Positions 38,449 through 47,678 of a stretch of 64,000 nt of DNA are shown in pieces; position 1 is the stretch's first letter, and each line of letters opens with the position of its first letter. The stretch covers positions 32,001 to 96,000 of the IMG/VR virus record IMGVR_UViG_3300029288_002061, one strand, 5' to 3'. The notes under the pieces were generated by a model that saw nothing but the letters and a program-made list of their open reading frames with translations, had not been told where the DNA came from and did not search any database. Position numbers and translations under genes: made by a program. The DNA comes from a virus (taxonomy: Duplodnaviria > Caudoviricetes).

Positions 38449-41237
38449 TACTTTTTCGCCTTGTTACGCTTCTTGAGTTCCGCCGCTACGTCTTCAATAA
38501 TCGCTTGCGGCGCGCCAGCCGGGAGAACATTCTTCTTTTGCATGGCGAGTTGGCGGATAGCTTCAAGACCGCTTTCATCGTAGGATTCGTACTTATCCTT
38601 GCCGTTGAAGAGACTATTCAGGGCTTGGACGTTTACCCCATCCGCGCCTTTCTTTCCACCTTCGGCCTTGGGAGCTTTGGGAGCCTTTTCAGCTTTGGGA
38701 GCCTTGTCTTCTTTACCGGCTTCGTCCTTCTTAGGCTCTTTCGGAGCTGAAGCTTTCGGGGCTTCTGCCTTCGGAGCTTCCGATTTCTTAGATTCGGCTT
38801 TTGCCGCTTCGGGCCATTTGCCCGTACTGTAGAAGTCGGCGAGCTTAGAACCAAGGTCCGGGACGCTATAGATAGCTTTTTCATCACCAGCAATAGCATC
38901 TGGGTAAGAGCTTTCAAGATGCTTCGCGAGCGTCTTGAGCTGATCCAGACTGTCCGCGTTCCGCAATCCGAAAGACTTCATGCTACCAGCGTGAACAAGA
39001 GCCATCCTGTCGCCCATATCACGGATATAGAGGTTATTTGACAGCTTGTATCCCGGCCCTTCCACTACAGTATTCCCGCCGCCGTGCTTGTCATTGACAA
39101 ACTTGAGCGTCTGCTTCTTATTTGGGTTTACAGGAACCGAATCATTATGGGCCTTTGCCATGTCGATAGCTTCGCCGCGTGCCTTAACCGGAACCGCTTT
39201 TGCGGCTTCAGGAGCATCTTCTTTCGGAGCATCTTCCTTATTATCGGCTTTAGGTGCTTCTGGCTTCTTGGCCGGGGCCGCTTCAGGACTTACCTTGGGC
39301 GCATTCTCATTCTTCTTAGCTGGCTTGGCTTCAGCCTTGACACCCTTCTTCTTCTGGCGTTCCAGCTTACGGGCCTGAATAGCCGCCTTAAGAGCGTCAC
39401 GCTGGGCCTTGGACTTCCCAAGATACTTGAGATAACGTTCTTTCCGCTGGGCCGGTGTCATCGCCATAAGCTCTTGATGCAGGGCGTAGAACATATTGGC
39501 CTGATCGTGGAACCCAAGAGCTTCGTATTGCTGAGAACGGCTAAGAGCTTTCATCGGGTTATTCATCTGATCCGCGATGTGCTGCGCACGTTCGATCATC
39601 TTTGCCTTGACTTTCTCTTCCGAGAACCCGGCTTTAATGTCCTTCTCACGCCACTTTGCGGCTTGGTGGCCCACAAATACGTCGATTCCAGAACGAATGT
39701 CGGGGGCCGCGCCTTCACCGGCTGTAAAGAACGGCTTGTTAATCAGGTTACGCTTCTTGGACTCCCGCATGGCGTCTTCCGACATAACGTGGGCAATCGC
39801 GGCCCAGAATTGCTTCTGAGTCGGGGTGACATCATCACGAAGAGCGCGGCTAAGATATGCCTTGCCGATATGCGCGAGTGCGGCAACCTGTTCATTCTGG
39901 GCTTTAAAAGCTGGGTTATTAAGGATTTCCGGCGGGAACCGACCAACCTTGAGATAGTTGACGCGCTGGATACGGGCATGTGCCTTCTCAAGAATACTTT
40001 CAATTCCCTTCTTACCCTTGGCAAACTGCGCCATAATAGCTTGCACCCGCTGTTGTGCTTCTTCAGGTAGCTTTCCATAGGATTCTGCCGGATCAATAGC
40101 CTTTACCTTGCCTTCAGCTACATTCTTGGCGTGCTGAGCTTTAGCACCTTCCGCAAAATGGGAGAACGTATCACCCTCACGATACGGAATGGGCTTCCCG
40201 CCTTCGGGGTCAGTCATCCACCAAGAACCGTCCTTGCGCTGCCACTTCCAGCTTTTCTCTAAACCGTTACCGCCCTTGGACTTCTGCATAGTCGCAGCGA
40301 CCAAGTAGCTGTAATATTCGATTTCGTCCATATCCAGACCGGCGTCGAGCATGTCAAGGATAAACTGATCCATGAGTTCATCCAGCTCTTCTTGGTCTAT
40401 GTCACCAGTGTCTTCCGATTCGGGTTCATTGGCTTTTCTGAGCCACGTTCCGCCAAGAGCGAGACGGGCAATATCTTTCAGCCCCTTGGTCATATTGACG
40501 TTACCGCTCAGGGCTTCCACTTGGTCACGAAGGATACCCGCCGCAGTTGTAAGACCTTCCAGCTCAAAGTGAGCAGCACGGATAGCAGCCCGACGCGGGT
40601 TATTACAGGCGCGGGCGATTTGCTGCATCCGGTCAAGGTGGTTCTTCCATACGTCTTCGTCGGGAAGTCCGGAATCCTGATCGTGCTTGATACGTTCCCA
40701 TTCACGGAGGACAACGCCTTTTTCCTGTTCTCTTGTCTGGGGATCCCCGTAAATCTGGCGAATCTGGGCTTCGTCTTCCATCGACTTAGCCGCCATAGTA
40801 CGCTGATTATGGTCGATTTCATCCTTTGACGGGTAGCCGTTAATCCCCTTCTGCAAACGGTTTAGGACAATTTCTTCAAGTGGCTTGTCCGTGGCTTGGA
40901 CAACTTGAGTCACTTCCGGGAGGGCTTGTTTGAGGCTATCAAGGCCGCTGGCATAGTCGGCCAGCCTGAGCATCATATTACAGGCCGGACAGGGGAAAGA
41001 GTCACCGTTGGCGGCAAACTCTTGGAATCGCGGACCCCAGACATTGGAGACTGCGCCGCAAGTCGGGCAGGGGATACCGACGATATAATTGTCCAAATCC
41101 TGCGCGCCTTCAACAGCGGGGCGAGCTGCAGGGGCTTGGTCGGTAAGACCGTTCATGGAAGCGAGAGCGTCAGCCGCGCCGACCGACATATCCTTCTCTT
41201 CGCAACCCTTTACCAACTTGGAAAGACCTTCAAACAT
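38448..41237 (-). CDS. Large multidomain probable head-packaged protein
   Basis: Zn ribbon, acidic stretch, W-rich module, two helical repeats and K/A/P/E-rich histone-like linkers. Confidence 0.7.
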   Translation of the reverse strand: MFEGLSKLVKGCEEKDMSVGAADALASMNGLTDQAPAARPAVEGAQDLDNYIVGIPCPTCGAVSNVWGPRFQEFAANGDSFPCPACNMMLRLADYASGLDSLKQALPEVTQVVQATDKPLEEIVLNRLQKGINGYPSKDEIDHNQRTMAAKSMEDEAQIRQIYGDPQTREQEKGVVLREWERIKHDQDSGLPDEDVWKNHLDRMQQIARACNNPRRAAIRAAHFELEGLTTAAGILRDQVEALSGNVNMTKGLKDIARLALGGTWLRKANEPESEDTGDIDQEELDELMDQFILDMLDAGLDMDEIEYYSYLVAATMQKSKGGNGLEKSWKWQRKDGSWWMTDPEGGKPIPYREGDTFSHFAEGAKAQHAKNVAEGKVKAIDPAESYGKLPEEAQQRVQAIMAQFAKGKKGIESILEKAHARIQRVNYLKVGRFPPEILNNPAFKAQNEQVAALAHIGKAYLSRALRDDVTPTQKQFWAAIAHVMSEDAMRESKKRNLINKPFFTAGEGAAPDIRSGIDVFVGHQAAKWREKDIKAGFSEEKVKAKMIERAQHIADQMNNPMKALSRSQQYEALGFHDQANMFYALHQELMAMTPAQRKERYLKYLGKSKAQRDALKAAIQARKLERQKKKGVKAEAKPAKKNENAPKVSPEAAPAKKPEAPKADNKEDAPKEDAPEAAKAVPVKARGEAIDMAKAHNDSVPVNPNKKQTLKFVNDKHGGGNTVVEGPGYKLSNNLYIRDMGDRMALVHAGSMKSFGLRNADSLDQLKTLAKHLESSYPDAIAGDEKAIYSVPDLGSKLADFYSTGKWPEAAKAESKKSEAPKAEAPKASAPKEPKKDEAGKEDKAPKAEKAPKAPKAEGGKKGADGVNVQALNSLFNGKDKYESYDESGLEAIRQLAMQKKNVLPAGAPQAIIEDVAAELKKRNKAKK

Positions 41238-41239
41238 GA

Positions 41240-42052
41240 TTAACTCCTATTAAAGATACCGTGAATACGCTTCGTCATATTGTCAATGTTCGCTTCGTGA
41301 AACTTCACCCGTTCCTGCAACTTCACATAGCAGTCCGACAACTTCCGGACATACGCTCTGGCATATGAAGCATTCCCGCCATTGATCGACTTCATGGCTT
41401 TCTTCATATTTGCCCTTAATTCTATCATAACTCTTTTCCACATTTTGACTTCCGTGTCCGGAATAATCGGAAAAACGAAGTTAAGAAGCTCATTCAGGGC
41501 AGACAGGCAAAGACCGGCTTGCATATAGAAAAGCACTTTCTGATCCGCTGATACCGCGTCGGTCAGTTTATGAAGGTCACTTGCAAAGGAGTTTGATACG
41601 GCCTTCCACCGGGAAGAGCCTGTCGGATTAAGGACAATCTCGCTCCCGTCGGGGACGGCGAAGTCCAACGCCTTAGCCAAGACTACCGCACCAAGCTCTA
41701 TGCTCTTCATGGTGGGAATATCACTCCCTTGGGCATCTTCGGCTTGGTAATTTGGATCTTCATCGGATTCAGGGGATTCCGGAAGTTGTTCAAATCTATG
41801 GGTTAATGACGAAAACACCGCGTCAAGACCGTCGATGCAGGACTGAATGAGGTCTAGAACGGAAGGATTTGCCGTATCTGCCGTCTTGACATATTCAATG
41901 ACATCTTTGAATGCCACGACAAGATTCTGTTTAAGGCTCTTGGGGTCGTCATCCTTGGCAGGGAGCGGAGTGGGTTGTTCCGGCTTTTGCTGTTGTGGGG
42001 GTTGTTTCGGCTGCGGGGTTCCCGCCCCGGTTGGTTGGTTCTGTGCTGACAT
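41240..42052 (-). CDS. Hypothetical helical protein
   Basis: Long ORF within the operon. Confidence 0.65.
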   Translation of the reverse strand: MSAQNQPTGAGTPQPKQPPQQQKPEQPTPLPAKDDDPKSLKQNLVVAFKDVIEYVKTADTANPSVLDLIQSCIDGLDAVFSSLTHRFEQLPESPESDEDPNYQAEDAQGSDIPTMKSIELGAVVLAKALDFAVPDGSEIVLNPTGSSRWKAVSNSFASDLHKLTDAVSADQKVLFYMQAGLCLSALNELLNFVFPIIPDTEVKMWKRVMIELRANMKKAMKSINGGNASYARAYVRKLSDCYVKLQERVKFHEANIDNMTKRIHGIFNRS

Positions 42053-42054
42053 AG

Positions 42055-42615
42055 TTAATCCTCTACACTAATACAGAGAATACCTCTTACGGCCAATATC
42101 TGCATCTCTTGTGGTTCCGTCAATAAATCGTCCAAAAGAGCTTTTGCTACCGTCTGCATGTCTTCTGGCATATTATCATAGTCAATACTACGGCGTAATT
42201 CACCTATGGCCGATACCACGGTTTCCGGGGATAGTGTATCCCGAAGCTTTTTGAAGTCTACCGGATATTTGTCTTTTGAGGTGTCTTTCCAATGTTTAAT
42301 GATCTTTCCCGCGTCTAGCGGCGTAGTTACTCCGCGCTGTTCTTTTGCAGCGATAGCTTGCTCTATAACCGACATTTCTGTGTCTAATTCGTCAGCAAGG
42401 TAATGACACCGGGCTAGAGCAAAATACGCGGTAAGCGGAGACATCTCACATACCTCTTGATACATACCACACAGATCGAGTACATCACTGGCCTTTTCCA
42501 TAAACGGAAGAACATTTAACTCTTTTAGTGTGAACAGGTTAAAGTATTCCATAACCGCCGATGATAACCCACGCGCATCCGTCAGGATTTCATTAACCGT
42601 TTCTGTATCAAACAT
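42055..42615 (-). CDS. Hypothetical protein
   Basis: ORF within the operon. Confidence 0.6.
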   Translation of the reverse strand: MFDTETVNEILTDARGLSSAVMEYFNLFTLKELNVLPFMEKASDVLDLCGMYQEVCEMSPLTAYFALARCHYLADELDTEMSVIEQAIAAKEQRGVTTPLDAGKIIKHWKDTSKDKYPVDFKKLRDTLSPETVVSAIGELRRSIDYDNMPEDMQTVAKALLDDLLTEPQEMQILAVRGILCISVED

Positions 42616-42623
42616 GCTTTGTT

Positions 42624-43331
42624 CTACCTATCAATGAGTTGGTCAAGCTTATCAAAGAACCCGTCTTCAAATCCTTTTACTGCCGCGCCAAGTGCGCCAT
42701 GTTCGACATCCTTGGTGCGCATTCCGCTTTGTGTCTCCCCGGCAGTCTTTACGGCGTTATCCAGACTGTTATGGAATTCCGTAACAGTGCTATCAAAGAT
42801 GTGTTCCGCATCTTCTCCGAAGATTCCGGTAACAACTCTTATCAATGGGTATATAACATTTTCCGCAGAATTCCACAAGACAGCTTTTGCCGCCGCGATT
42901 TCCAGCGGAAGCTGTGTACACGCGAGTGTTTCAAAGAGCTTATGGGAAAGTGGTTCATCAAGTCCGCTTTCACTGTGCCCGTCGATTCCAAGGGTATTTC
43001 CGATATCGGTACTGGCAATGACGGTCTTGGCCGGGGATGCCAACGTATCAAGTACGCGGGCTTGCCGCTCCGGTTCCAACTCTTGAAAGCGGTTGATAGC
43101 AACGCCAAGTCCGGAAGTCGGGTTGGATTCTACAATCTTCCGCGCCTTCTCCGGGAGCTTTTTCATCTGGGATTTCGGGCTGATCTCTATGGAAGGTGTA
43201 GGGGAGCTATAGGGTTCAATGGCATGGGTCTTGGGGTTGTGCCACCATTTTGATCCATCTACCCGCGTCCAATAACTGGACTTCCGAATAAGCATGTCTG
43301 CAAACGTATGCAGTCCAAAAAGATTCTCCAC
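42624..43331 (-). CDS. Hypothetical protein with N-terminal W-rich module
   Basis: IRKSSYWTRVDGSKWWHNP..IEPY; AAGGAG RBS. Confidence 0.65.
   Translation of the reverse strand: MENLFGLHTFADMLIRKSSYWTRVDGSKWWHNPKTHAIEPYSSPTPSIEISPKSQMKKLPEKARKIVESNPTSGLGVAINRFQELEPERQARVLDTLASPAKTVIASTDIGNTLGIDGHSESGLDEPLSHKLFETLACTQLPLEIAAAKAVLWNSAENVIYPLIRVVTGIFGEDAEHIFDSTVTEFHNSLDNAVKTAGETQSGMRTKDVEHGALGAAVKGFEDGFFDKLDQLIDR
43298..43313. repeat. Palindrome copy 10 (5' end of CDS)
   Basis: ctgcaaacgtatgcag. Confidence 0.95.
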
Positions 43332-43353
43332 TGTGTACTCCTTGCTTCAAATG

Positions 43354-43381
43354 AAAAAGGCATAGCCCGATAGGCTATGCC
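43354..43381 (-). terminator. Rho-independent terminator
   Basis: GGCATAGCC-N5-GGCTATGCC followed by TTTTT on the minus strand. Confidence 0.8.
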
Positions 43382-43385
43382 AAAG

Positions 43386-43394
43386 ATTATACCA
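43386..43394 (-). promoter_or_regulatory. Extended -10 promoter
   Basis: TGGTATAAT on the minus strand, upstream of the gene starting at 43331. Confidence 0.55.
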
Positions 43395-43421
43395 CAAAAT
43401 GGGTTTTTCAATTACTTTTTA

Positions 43422-43775
43422 TTACAGCGACGGGATCTCGGACAGCCGCTTGATACCAAGACTCCAAATCTCGTGGAGCAGAATATCGTACCCCTTGGAG
43501 ATTCCCGTCTCAAACGCCGCGTCCTTGAAGTTATCATACTCCGTTGCGTCCTGAGCCAGCGCATCCGACAGTTCCAGCCAAACCACACTGGGAACCCGGA
43601 TACGGGCCGCGTAGTCCGTTCCTTCATCGGTGATAATGTCATAGTCACCGAGAAGTTCCGGATATTCCGTCTTCAGCCGTTCCAAGTGTTCAACGCACCG
43701 CGCACGGATGAGCTGTTGGTTGGAATTGTGATCCCGCACAGAGGAGAAGAAGCCAAATCGCGTAAAGAGCCACAT
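43422..43775 (-). CDS. Conserved hypothetical protein (MW.FT..GF.S.V type), possible antidote
   Basis: MWLFTRFGFFSSV...RAR...TDYxxR...YDNFK pattern; downstream of the effector. Confidence 0.6.
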   Translation of the reverse strand: MWLFTRFGFFSSVRDHNSNQQLIRARCVEHLERLKTEYPELLGDYDIITDEGTDYAARIRVPSVVWLELSDALAQDATEYDNFKDAAFETGISKGYDILLHEIWSLGIKRLSEIPSL

Positions 43776-43820
43776 CACATCACCCCGTTTCTTTTTGGTA
43801 AGTCTAAGCCGCACAACGAC

Positions 43821-44093
43821 TTAGATAAGATTCCCATCGTAATCGAAGGTCTTTCCGTCCTTTTCCTTCCCTTTGAAGAAAAACTCCGGATTCTGTCCCG
43901 GAAAGAGATCCACAAGAGACTTGTGGTTAATCCGGTTTTTCAGGATAACCGTCGGGATACCTTCCGGGAACGCCTTGCACGTCCACCCGCTAAACTTGAT
44001 GTTACCTCCGACACTGATAAGGTGCTGACAGTGGAGGCAAGGGACGTGAGGCTCCATGTAATCCGACTGGGCATTTCTTTCATTCTTTTCCAT
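43821..44093 (-). CDS. Small CxxC...CxAFPEGIP protein, candidate immunity protein
   Basis: CLHCQH...CKAFPEGIP..IL.N..NH; immediately after the ART domain. Confidence 0.6.
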   Translation of the reverse strand: MEKNERNAQSDYMEPHVPCLHCQHLISVGGNIKFSGWTCKAFPEGIPTVILKNRINHKSLVDLFPGQNPEFFFKGKEKDGKTFDYDGNLI

Positions 44094-44124
44094 GTTTGTC
44101 TCCAAGGCTGTTGTCTACCTTTGT

Positions 44125-44153
44125 ACTATACCCTATAGATGGGGAAAAGTCAA
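44125..44153 (-). promoter_or_regulatory. Sigma70-type promoter
   Basis: TTGACT-N17-TATAGT on the minus strand. Confidence 0.7.
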
Positions 44154-44172
44154 GGGAAAAATCGGGAAAATG

Positions 44173-46374
44173 TCAGAACGGGTTTTCTTTCTTGTACTCC
44201 CGCAGGGCATCCGTACTTGTCGGCTTCGCCGTACCCTTAATGAGGTTGTATATCTCTTCTTGGGAATACTGCTTCGGAGGTTCCTGATTATCCGGGAGTT
44301 TATCGAATTCCTCATCCGTAAGCTCTTCCAGAATAAGGGAGTTACCGAGAGTTGTGGCCGTGTGTCCCATAGATACGGTGGTATTGTCGGTATAACTGAA
44401 ACCGACTACCCGGAATTTTGCCCCCGGCTTATACAGGACTTCATCTTCGTACACCGAATCCGATGCCGGAGCTACATACCGGCCATGAACACCTTTGTTC
44501 TTGATGATGAAAGTCACCCCGTCTGCGGCATCAAAAGTCATCCCCGGATGGAGGGTGCTGCTAGAAAATGCTTTCCACTCCACCTTTGACCAATTCCCGG
44601 AGGTCCAATTATCCCAGTGATCCAATAGATCTTCATAGAATCCAACGCCGCGCATAGTCAACGCCCCGACTCTGGGGAGCTGTTCTATGGTCTTTTCCAA
44701 TGCCACCGCTTCCTCGGTCCAATTACCCTTGGCAAGAGCTTCGTTGATCTGGAAGTAATTCCGTGGGTCATCCTCCTCTTTAAGCTTGGTAAATGCCTTA
44801 ATAGCCAGACGTTCCATCGGATTCAGTTGGATTTCCTTGAATGCTTCAAACGCCGAATCGCCCGATGGGTGGTAGCCGGTTTCCTTGGCTTGCGCCCCTT
44901 CTTGGGCTACTCTGGCGACTTGCTTTCTTTGGAGCCGGTCCCGGTAGTCCATCATGGAGTCGTACCGGTTCATGAGTCGGGAAGTCAAACCCTTGGAAGC
45001 GTCATCACTGAATCCGGCTTCCGATACCAACTCATATAGCCCTGACGCCCCGATTTTCTGAATCTTCTTCTCAAAAGCATTCAAGCTCTCAATCATGGAT
45101 TCGTCAGAGATTTGACCGAAATACTCAGCCGCCGTCGGGGCTATCTCAAAGTCCCGCATCGTATCCAGTTCGGTAACTTTATCTCCAAAGGCATTCCCCT
45201 TGGGAGAACCCTGTGCGCGGAACATGAGCGCCCCGCCGTTATCGAGACGTGTGACTTGCGGTATCCCGCTCTTGGTCGATACCCCGATATTGTCTTCAGT
45301 CAGCCCTACCACATCCCAGTTGGCCAGCCACGCATCCAGAACGAAGTTATGGGACAAGGCATTCTGGATTTCTGTCGTCACCATATCATCGGCATAGTCA
45401 AGAGGACTCTTATCCTCCAATGTGACTACCCCTTCGATAAACGGACTGAAAAGAGTCTTCTTGTTCTTCAATACCGCCATTTGTGACTTCGGCGCGGGGC
45501 TTGATCCTGCCGCCGGGGATTGATAAAGATTGAAGGTGTTGTAGAGAAGGTTGGCAAGAAACTCGTTCTTGACTTGGGATTCGTTCCCACGGTATTCCTT
45601 AACCACATACTTCTTGCCACCGGCCTCAGCGATATATGCCCCGGTTGACCCGCCAATGTTCTTTTTCAAGACCTTGAACGGAACCCGCTCCCCACCAAGC
45701 ATGACTTCATTATCCCCCAAGGGCTGTTGCTTCGGGGGTTCCGCGTCGGGGAAGTCACCCGCGACATCCCGGAGACGTTCCATATAGACATTGGCGGCTT
45801 CCCGGAATCCTATGGCGGTAAATGCCTTGATCCGGTCATTCAGTTCCTTGGGATCCGAAATCAACTTGGCATTCATCCGGGCGTCCTGAGACATCTTACC
45901 AAGTGCCTGTTGCTGATCCATCCCGTCTTTAAGATTTGCCGTAAGTCTTCTTAATGCGAATACTGCTCCCGATAGGGCTTTGGCCGGAACGTCTTGTAGG
46001 GTACTGACATCAATATGCTGCTCTTTAGGCTTCCCGGCTTCTTGACTGGCCTTGTCGTGGGGTTTGGGGTTGTATGGCTCGATCCGGTTACTCTCAGGGT
46101 TTCTCCACCACAGGGTACCATCGACGTGCTGCCAATACTTTCCTTTATGCACATAAATGCTCTTACTGAGGTATTTGTCACACGCCCCGTTTTCCATTAA
46201 AGCCAGCTTATCATAGTATTCGGGGTCTTCGGTCAGATGGTCCATAGCAATCTCCCGCGCTACTTGGGGATTGGTGGTATGTTCCATCTCTACTCGGATT
46301 CCCTGATTAAGAGCATTTATGTCAAAATCGGAGGGGGATTTCCCCTGTGCAAGACCGCCCGGAATCAAATCCAT
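44173..46374 (-). CDS. Multidomain effector: DUF5661-like + W-rich module + kinase-like + ADP-ribosyltransferase
   Basis: GIRVEMEH...EIAMDHL.EDPEYY; GGSTG...YVVK...NE.LA...DAWLANWD...DNGG; RG...FSSST...EDE (R-S-E ART signature). Confidence 0.8.
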   Translation of the reverse strand: MDLIPGGLAQGKSPSDFDINALNQGIRVEMEHTTNPQVAREIAMDHLTEDPEYYDKLALMENGACDKYLSKSIYVHKGKYWQHVDGTLWWRNPESNRIEPYNPKPHDKASQEAGKPKEQHIDVSTLQDVPAKALSGAVFALRRLTANLKDGMDQQQALGKMSQDARMNAKLISDPKELNDRIKAFTAIGFREAANVYMERLRDVAGDFPDAEPPKQQPLGDNEVMLGGERVPFKVLKKNIGGSTGAYIAEAGGKKYVVKEYRGNESQVKNEFLANLLYNTFNLYQSPAAGSSPAPKSQMAVLKNKKTLFSPFIEGVVTLEDKSPLDYADDMVTTEIQNALSHNFVLDAWLANWDVVGLTEDNIGVSTKSGIPQVTRLDNGGALMFRAQGSPKGNAFGDKVTELDTMRDFEIAPTAAEYFGQISDESMIESLNAFEKKIQKIGASGLYELVSEAGFSDDASKGLTSRLMNRYDSMMDYRDRLQRKQVARVAQEGAQAKETGYHPSGDSAFEAFKEIQLNPMERLAIKAFTKLKEEDDPRNYFQINEALAKGNWTEEAVALEKTIEQLPRVGALTMRGVGFYEDLLDHWDNWTSGNWSKVEWKAFSSSTLHPGMTFDAADGVTFIIKNKGVHGRYVAPASDSVYEDEVLYKPGAKFRVVGFSYTDNTTVSMGHTATTLGNSLILEELTDEEFDKLPDNQEPPKQYSQEEIYNLIKGTAKPTSTDALREYKKENPF

Positions 46375-46376
46375 TG

Positions 46377-47138
46377 TTAAACCCTCTGCTTAAGAACATT
46401 TAAGTCAAAAATCTGGGGCCATTCCAGAATCTTATCCGCCCACGTTACCTGTATATATGCCCTGTGAATCCCCGGCGTCATGGCGGCAGACATAGCCGAA
46501 GGAATGGTAAACCGTACCGAACCGTCCCCTAATTCGGGCAAATCAAAGGAAATATCCGCGAAAGGAATAGTCCCCGAGGGGAGTCTGGTTAACATACAGA
46601 CAAACCGCACTTCCGCGTCAGTTGCGTTCGATAGACCGATAAACGGATCGCCCTGATTATCGTACAGGAATACATCAACGTCAAGATCATTCCCTTGGAT
46701 TATAGAGAGCTTGGGAAGCCCCGTCGTTGTGGCAGAACACCCGCCAACGGAAGACTTGACCATTGTGGTGCTGGGGATGATGACCGGATCCTGTACCTGA
46801 TAATAGGCGAATACCTCTCTAGTAACGTTATCCGCGTCGGTATAAACCAGCCGCCACCGCCAAAGACCATTATCGACCATTGTTCTCCGGAAATGAGCAG
46901 AACCGCCATAAAAGGTATTACCCGGAGTTAATGAGATATTGATGTCCGGCCAAGCAAAAACGGGAAGATAATTACCACCGTACTCCCGCTCCAAATGGAC
47001 ATCTAATTGAATATCCCCGGATTCTTGGGTGTTAAAGGATATCATGACACTGACATCGGATCCCGGAGATACCACCGGAATCAGCTCATCCTGCGTCGAT
47101 AACACCTTGAGCGGCATACCATAGACTGTTACATCCAT
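46377..47138 (-). CDS. Ig-like/BppU-like virion protein
   Basis: IIQGND...LYDNQGDP..L.NAT resembles the BppU N-domain. Confidence 0.45.
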   Translation of the reverse strand: MDVTVYGMPLKVLSTQDELIPVVSPGSDVSVMISFNTQESGDIQLDVHLEREYGGNYLPVFAWPDINISLTPGNTFYGGSAHFRRTMVDNGLWRWRLVYTDADNVTREVFAYYQVQDPVIIPSTTMVKSSVGGCSATTTGLPKLSIIQGNDLDVDVFLYDNQGDPFIGLSNATDAEVRFVCMLTRLPSGTIPFADISFDLPELGDGSVRFTIPSAMSAAMTPGIHRAYIQVTWADKILEWPQIFDLNVLKQRV

Positions 47139-47150
47139 CCGTTCCTCCTA

Positions 47151-47166
47151 CTGCATACGTTTGCAG
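47151..47166. repeat. Palindrome copy 11 (between terS stop and RBS)
   Basis: ctgcatacgtttgcag. Confidence 0.95.
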
Positions 47167-47171
47167 TCGCC

Positions 47172-47678
47172 TTAGTTCTCTTCCTGCTTCATCAAAGACG
47201 GAACCGTGATTCCCAACCGCTTCATAATGTTATCACGTTTGTTCTTCAATTCCTCTACGTTGGCGCGGTTGATATCAATACCATCGACCACAAACGTCCC
47301 GTCAATCTTCTGGGCCGCCTTCGGTAGCATACCCGTATCCATCATGAATCTCAGCTTCCGCTCTATAATAGCATTCGCCTGACCCATGAAAGACACCTTA
47401 TCCGAGTTCCTTTCGGCGGACGCATAATCCGATATAGCCAACTGGAACAAATGGTCAAACTTCGCCAAAGCATCCCCAAACTCACTATCAATGTCCAACT
47501 TCCCCACATAGGCGGCATGATCGGCGCGGATTGCTTTTACATCCTGTGTAATAGTATTCGGATCCACTCCCAATACCTTCGCCATCATCCCCTTCTGAAT
47601 CCCCCTAAGCATCAACTCCCACACCTGACGGCGGCGCGTCATTGTCTCTTCTTTACTCTTTCTTCCACGGCGGGACAT
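47172..47678 (-). CDS. terS: Probable terminase small subunit (HTH)
   Basis: RRRQVWELMLRG...MAKVLGV...TITQDVKAIR HTH plus helical oligomerisation region; first gene of the late block. Confidence 0.6.
   Translation of the reverse strand: MSRRGRKSKEETMTRRRQVWELMLRGIQKGMMAKVLGVDPNTITQDVKAIRADHAAYVGKLDIDSEFGDALAKFDHLFQLAISDYASAERNSDKVSFMGQANAIIERKLRFMMDTGMLPKAAQKIDGTFVVDGIDINRANVEELKNKRDNIMKRLGITVPSLMKQEEN

Noticed and set aside
40851-40866. Partial palindrome match ctgcaaacgg (also ctgcatagtcgcag near 40284)
   Set aside because: Half-site only or wrong spacing; not counted.
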